From Callorhinchus milii (Eukaryota): a stretch of DNA of 64,000 nt. Below, piece after piece: positions 61,385-64,000 of this stretch. Every line of letters begins with the position of its first letter. Positions within the stretch are counted from its first letter, which is position 1. The position numbers and the translations under genes are program-made. A model generated the notes under the pieces. That model saw nothing but the letters and a program-made list of their open reading frames with translations. It ran no database searches and was not told the DNA's origin. Location of the stretch: NCBI RefSeq assembly GCF_018977255.1, contig NW_024704742.1:124870001-124934000 (forward strand), given 5' to 3'.

Positions 61385-61420
61385 AAGGGCGCTATACAAC
61401 TTTGTTTTGTATTGTATGTA

Positions 61421-61641
61421 CAATATGAATTCAGTAATCTCTACTTTCTGTATTCTGTAATAGCAATAATATGAATTCAATAATAATAGTATAAATTCTG
61501 TAATAAAAACATGCATTCTGTAATAGCAATAATACATGAATTCAACAATATTAATATGTATTCATTATATATCTACATTACAAATTCGGTAATGGTAATA
61601 TTAAGAATTTGGTGATATAAGTAATATGAATTCAGTAATAC
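61421..61641. repeat. Degenerate AT-rich minisatellite (core AATATGAATTCAGTAAT)
   Basis: Repeated ATGAATTCA / ATTCTGTAAT units at irregular ~20-30 bp spacing. Confidence 0.65.
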
Positions 61642-61707
61642 CTACATTATCAAGTGGATGAGTTCCTATCGGAGCCTCTTGTCAAAAATGACTGCAGTAA
61701 ATCAATT

Positions 61708-62195
61708 ACAGCACACTAAGCTGACAGCAAAGGATATTCAATTGCTTATATGCATATGCAACTAATCACAGAAGTGTTAATTTTCTATGACAATTAGGTT
61801 TCAAATGGCATCCTGATAAGAGATAAATCCAGTAGTGAAACGCCCAGCTAAATTTTTACTGATGGAAATTAATAAAACAGAAGTGTCCATTGAGGAACTC
61901 TGCAAATGTGAATATTTTTAAACATTGTAATTTCTAAAAGAATGCACTCTTCTGGAGCTCATCTACAGTAAGTGCTTGATATTATTCAAACATGCCTATA
62001 GCATTGGTAGTCCCAAAACTAGACACTTGGAATAGTCTTCCCACTGGTATTGTAGCTGAGCATTTCACTACTGGATTTGTCTCTTATCAGGACTACATTT
62101 GAAACCTACTTGCCATAGAAAATTAACACTTCTGTGATTAGTTGCATATGCATATAAGCAATTGAATATCCTTTGCTGTCAGCTTAGTGTCCTGT
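61708..62195. repeat. Long inverted repeat, 143-bp arms, 202-bp spacer
   Basis: 61708-61850 vs 62053-62195; 9 mismatches by manual comparison. Confidence 0.95.
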
Positions 62196-62770
62196 GGTTA
62201 GAACAAAAAACCAAATACCCTGTACACTCAATCTTTAATTCCATGCTACTGTATCCTTGTAAGTGGATTATTGCTTTTTGATCACAGTATGTGTAAAATA
62301 ACAATAATTCTACTGTTTGTGTGATTTGAAGAGGTTTTCAATTGAAAAGCGTACTTTCAGTTCCATTAGTCATTTGAGTGGCAGCACATCCCAGGAAGCT
62401 CTTGTATTCAGACAGATCATGTTTGCATAAGGAATATCCACAGTTTAATAGCTGCTTATGATGTTCATCGTGGTCAGCAAAATAATATTGGTGAAAACAT
62501 TTAAAACGTAATTATTTATAGATTTTATTCTGCTTAATGTTTGTACAAACTGTTAGTTTGTTTTAGAAATACATTGTTCTGCCTGAACCTCAAACTCCTG
62601 AAAGAACAAAGTGGATAAATACTTGAGGAAAATAATGTTAAAGGTTTTGGGGAAAAGAACAGTGGAAGAGTATGAAGAGTACATGGTCTAAAAGTAGATA
62701 GTTCCAGTGGGGAAACTTGTATCAAGATAGACACAATGGTCCAAATGGCCTTCTTTTTCTCTTTGACCAA

Positions 62771-62942
62771 GCCTTCAGCTCCCCTCTCGACTCTCTACCC
62801 CCTCCTCGCTCCCTCCCTTCCCTCCCCTCACCCTGACCATTTCCCCCTTGCTCGGGTCCTGACCCAACTGTACAGCGCCTTGGCACGTCCTCCTGACGTG
62901 AAAGGCGCTCTATAAATGGAATCTTGTTGTTGTTGTTGTTGT
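62771..62942 (+). mobile_element. Young L2-A 3' end
   Basis: Matches rc of 8677-8850; (TTG)n tail. Confidence 0.92.
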
Positions 62943-62961
62943 GTGCTATAAACCTATATGT

Positions 62962-63274
62962 GGAGTCCTGTAGCTCAGTGGTTAGAGCACTCGCCTTGCA
63001 AGCGAGACACCTGGGTTCAATTCCAGGCAGGGCGAAACCTTGGGCAAGTTTCTTACTCCATACGCCTAATAATAATCACTCCAAAAACAAAAACAATAAT
63101 AAATTGGTCATTTCAATCCACGACTGTTTGTGGGACACTGCTGTACGCAATTGGCTGCTGGGTTTCGCCCACAAATATACGGTCAATTCACTTTACAGTC
63201 TATTCTGTGAAGCGCTTTGAGACGTCGAGAAGACGTGAAAAGCGCTATATCAAATGCAAGGATTATTATTATTA
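62962..63274 (+). mobile_element. Young tRNA-Ala-like SINE
   Basis: Full length. Confidence 0.95.
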
Positions 63275-64000
63275 AAAGAGATTAACAATGTAAAAAACAT
63301 TGTTAAAGTCAGCATTGGTTAATTTCAATGAAGATTTGGTTATGCATCAATTTCTAAGCTTTAATGTTTAGCATTTCTCATGAAATCTTGTGCTAATTTA
63401 TTAATAATGCTTTCTGGATTTCCAAGTAGTTCACATCAAGCTACACTCTACCTAGATTGTCTATAGGTTACAGCTTTTCTATTTCATCTGTTGTGATCGT
63501 GCAAACTTTTCTCTACAAGTTTTTAAAGAACTTAAAGAACAAAAACATCTTCCAAGCTAAGACTAAATTCAATAATTTGCCAAATTTTGGGCGCTCTAAA
63601 ACGTAGCCGAATGCAAAAGGCTGAATGTGGAACCGGGCAGATTTTCTCCCCACTAGGTGTCAGTGTTACTCTGACTTGGAGGAAACATAATATCTACCAT
63701 ACATTGTTGGTTGATATTTCTCAATGATACTCCAGGCTTTACTCCAGGAAAATTGCAATACCTATAACATTTTGCCTACGAAATACACATTCACTACAAT
63801 TTATATTAAATTGCGCTGAGAGACATCTCCCTGATGAGAAAATATAATATGAAATTCAAGGATTATTATTAATGTAAGAACAGTACGCTTTGTTTTCAGA
63901 TTTATCAAATACAACTGAAAGTCTAGAATGATACAGAGAAATGTCCTCCAAACAGCTCACTCCATGGCTGTTTGTGAGACATTGTTGCGTGAAAACTGGC

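Overview
Vertebrate non-coding DNA (large intron or gene desert). The repeat content (CR1, two L2 lineages, DeuSINE-like and young tRNA-Ala-like SINEs, a Penelope-type end) suggests a cartilaginous fish, possibly a chimaera; this is inferred from repeats only. No intact host gene is recognisable, and most long ORFs in the track are broken LINE reading frames or read-throughs of repeats. Highlights: (1) a ~700-bp Helitron-like element (A|TC...CTAG|T) inside a SINE (ATT)n tail, with internal direct repeats and an STPR-like Rep N-terminal remnant; (2) a modular SINE lineage (tRNA head, CORE-like segment, DeuSINE-like 3' body, L2 tail) present in several stages, whose 3' stem-loop co-varies with, and in some copies shares the loop of, the youngest L2; (3) two long, near-perfect inverted repeats in otherwise unique DNA; (4) a decayed Penelope-type minimal hammerhead ribozyme; (5) an hAT-like MITE family and two unclassified repeat families; (6) an ancient L1 ORF2 remnant; (7) one candidate 42-nt exon. 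Family names come from remembered consensus motifs, not database searches. Boundaries of old repeats are approximate (about +/-20 bp).
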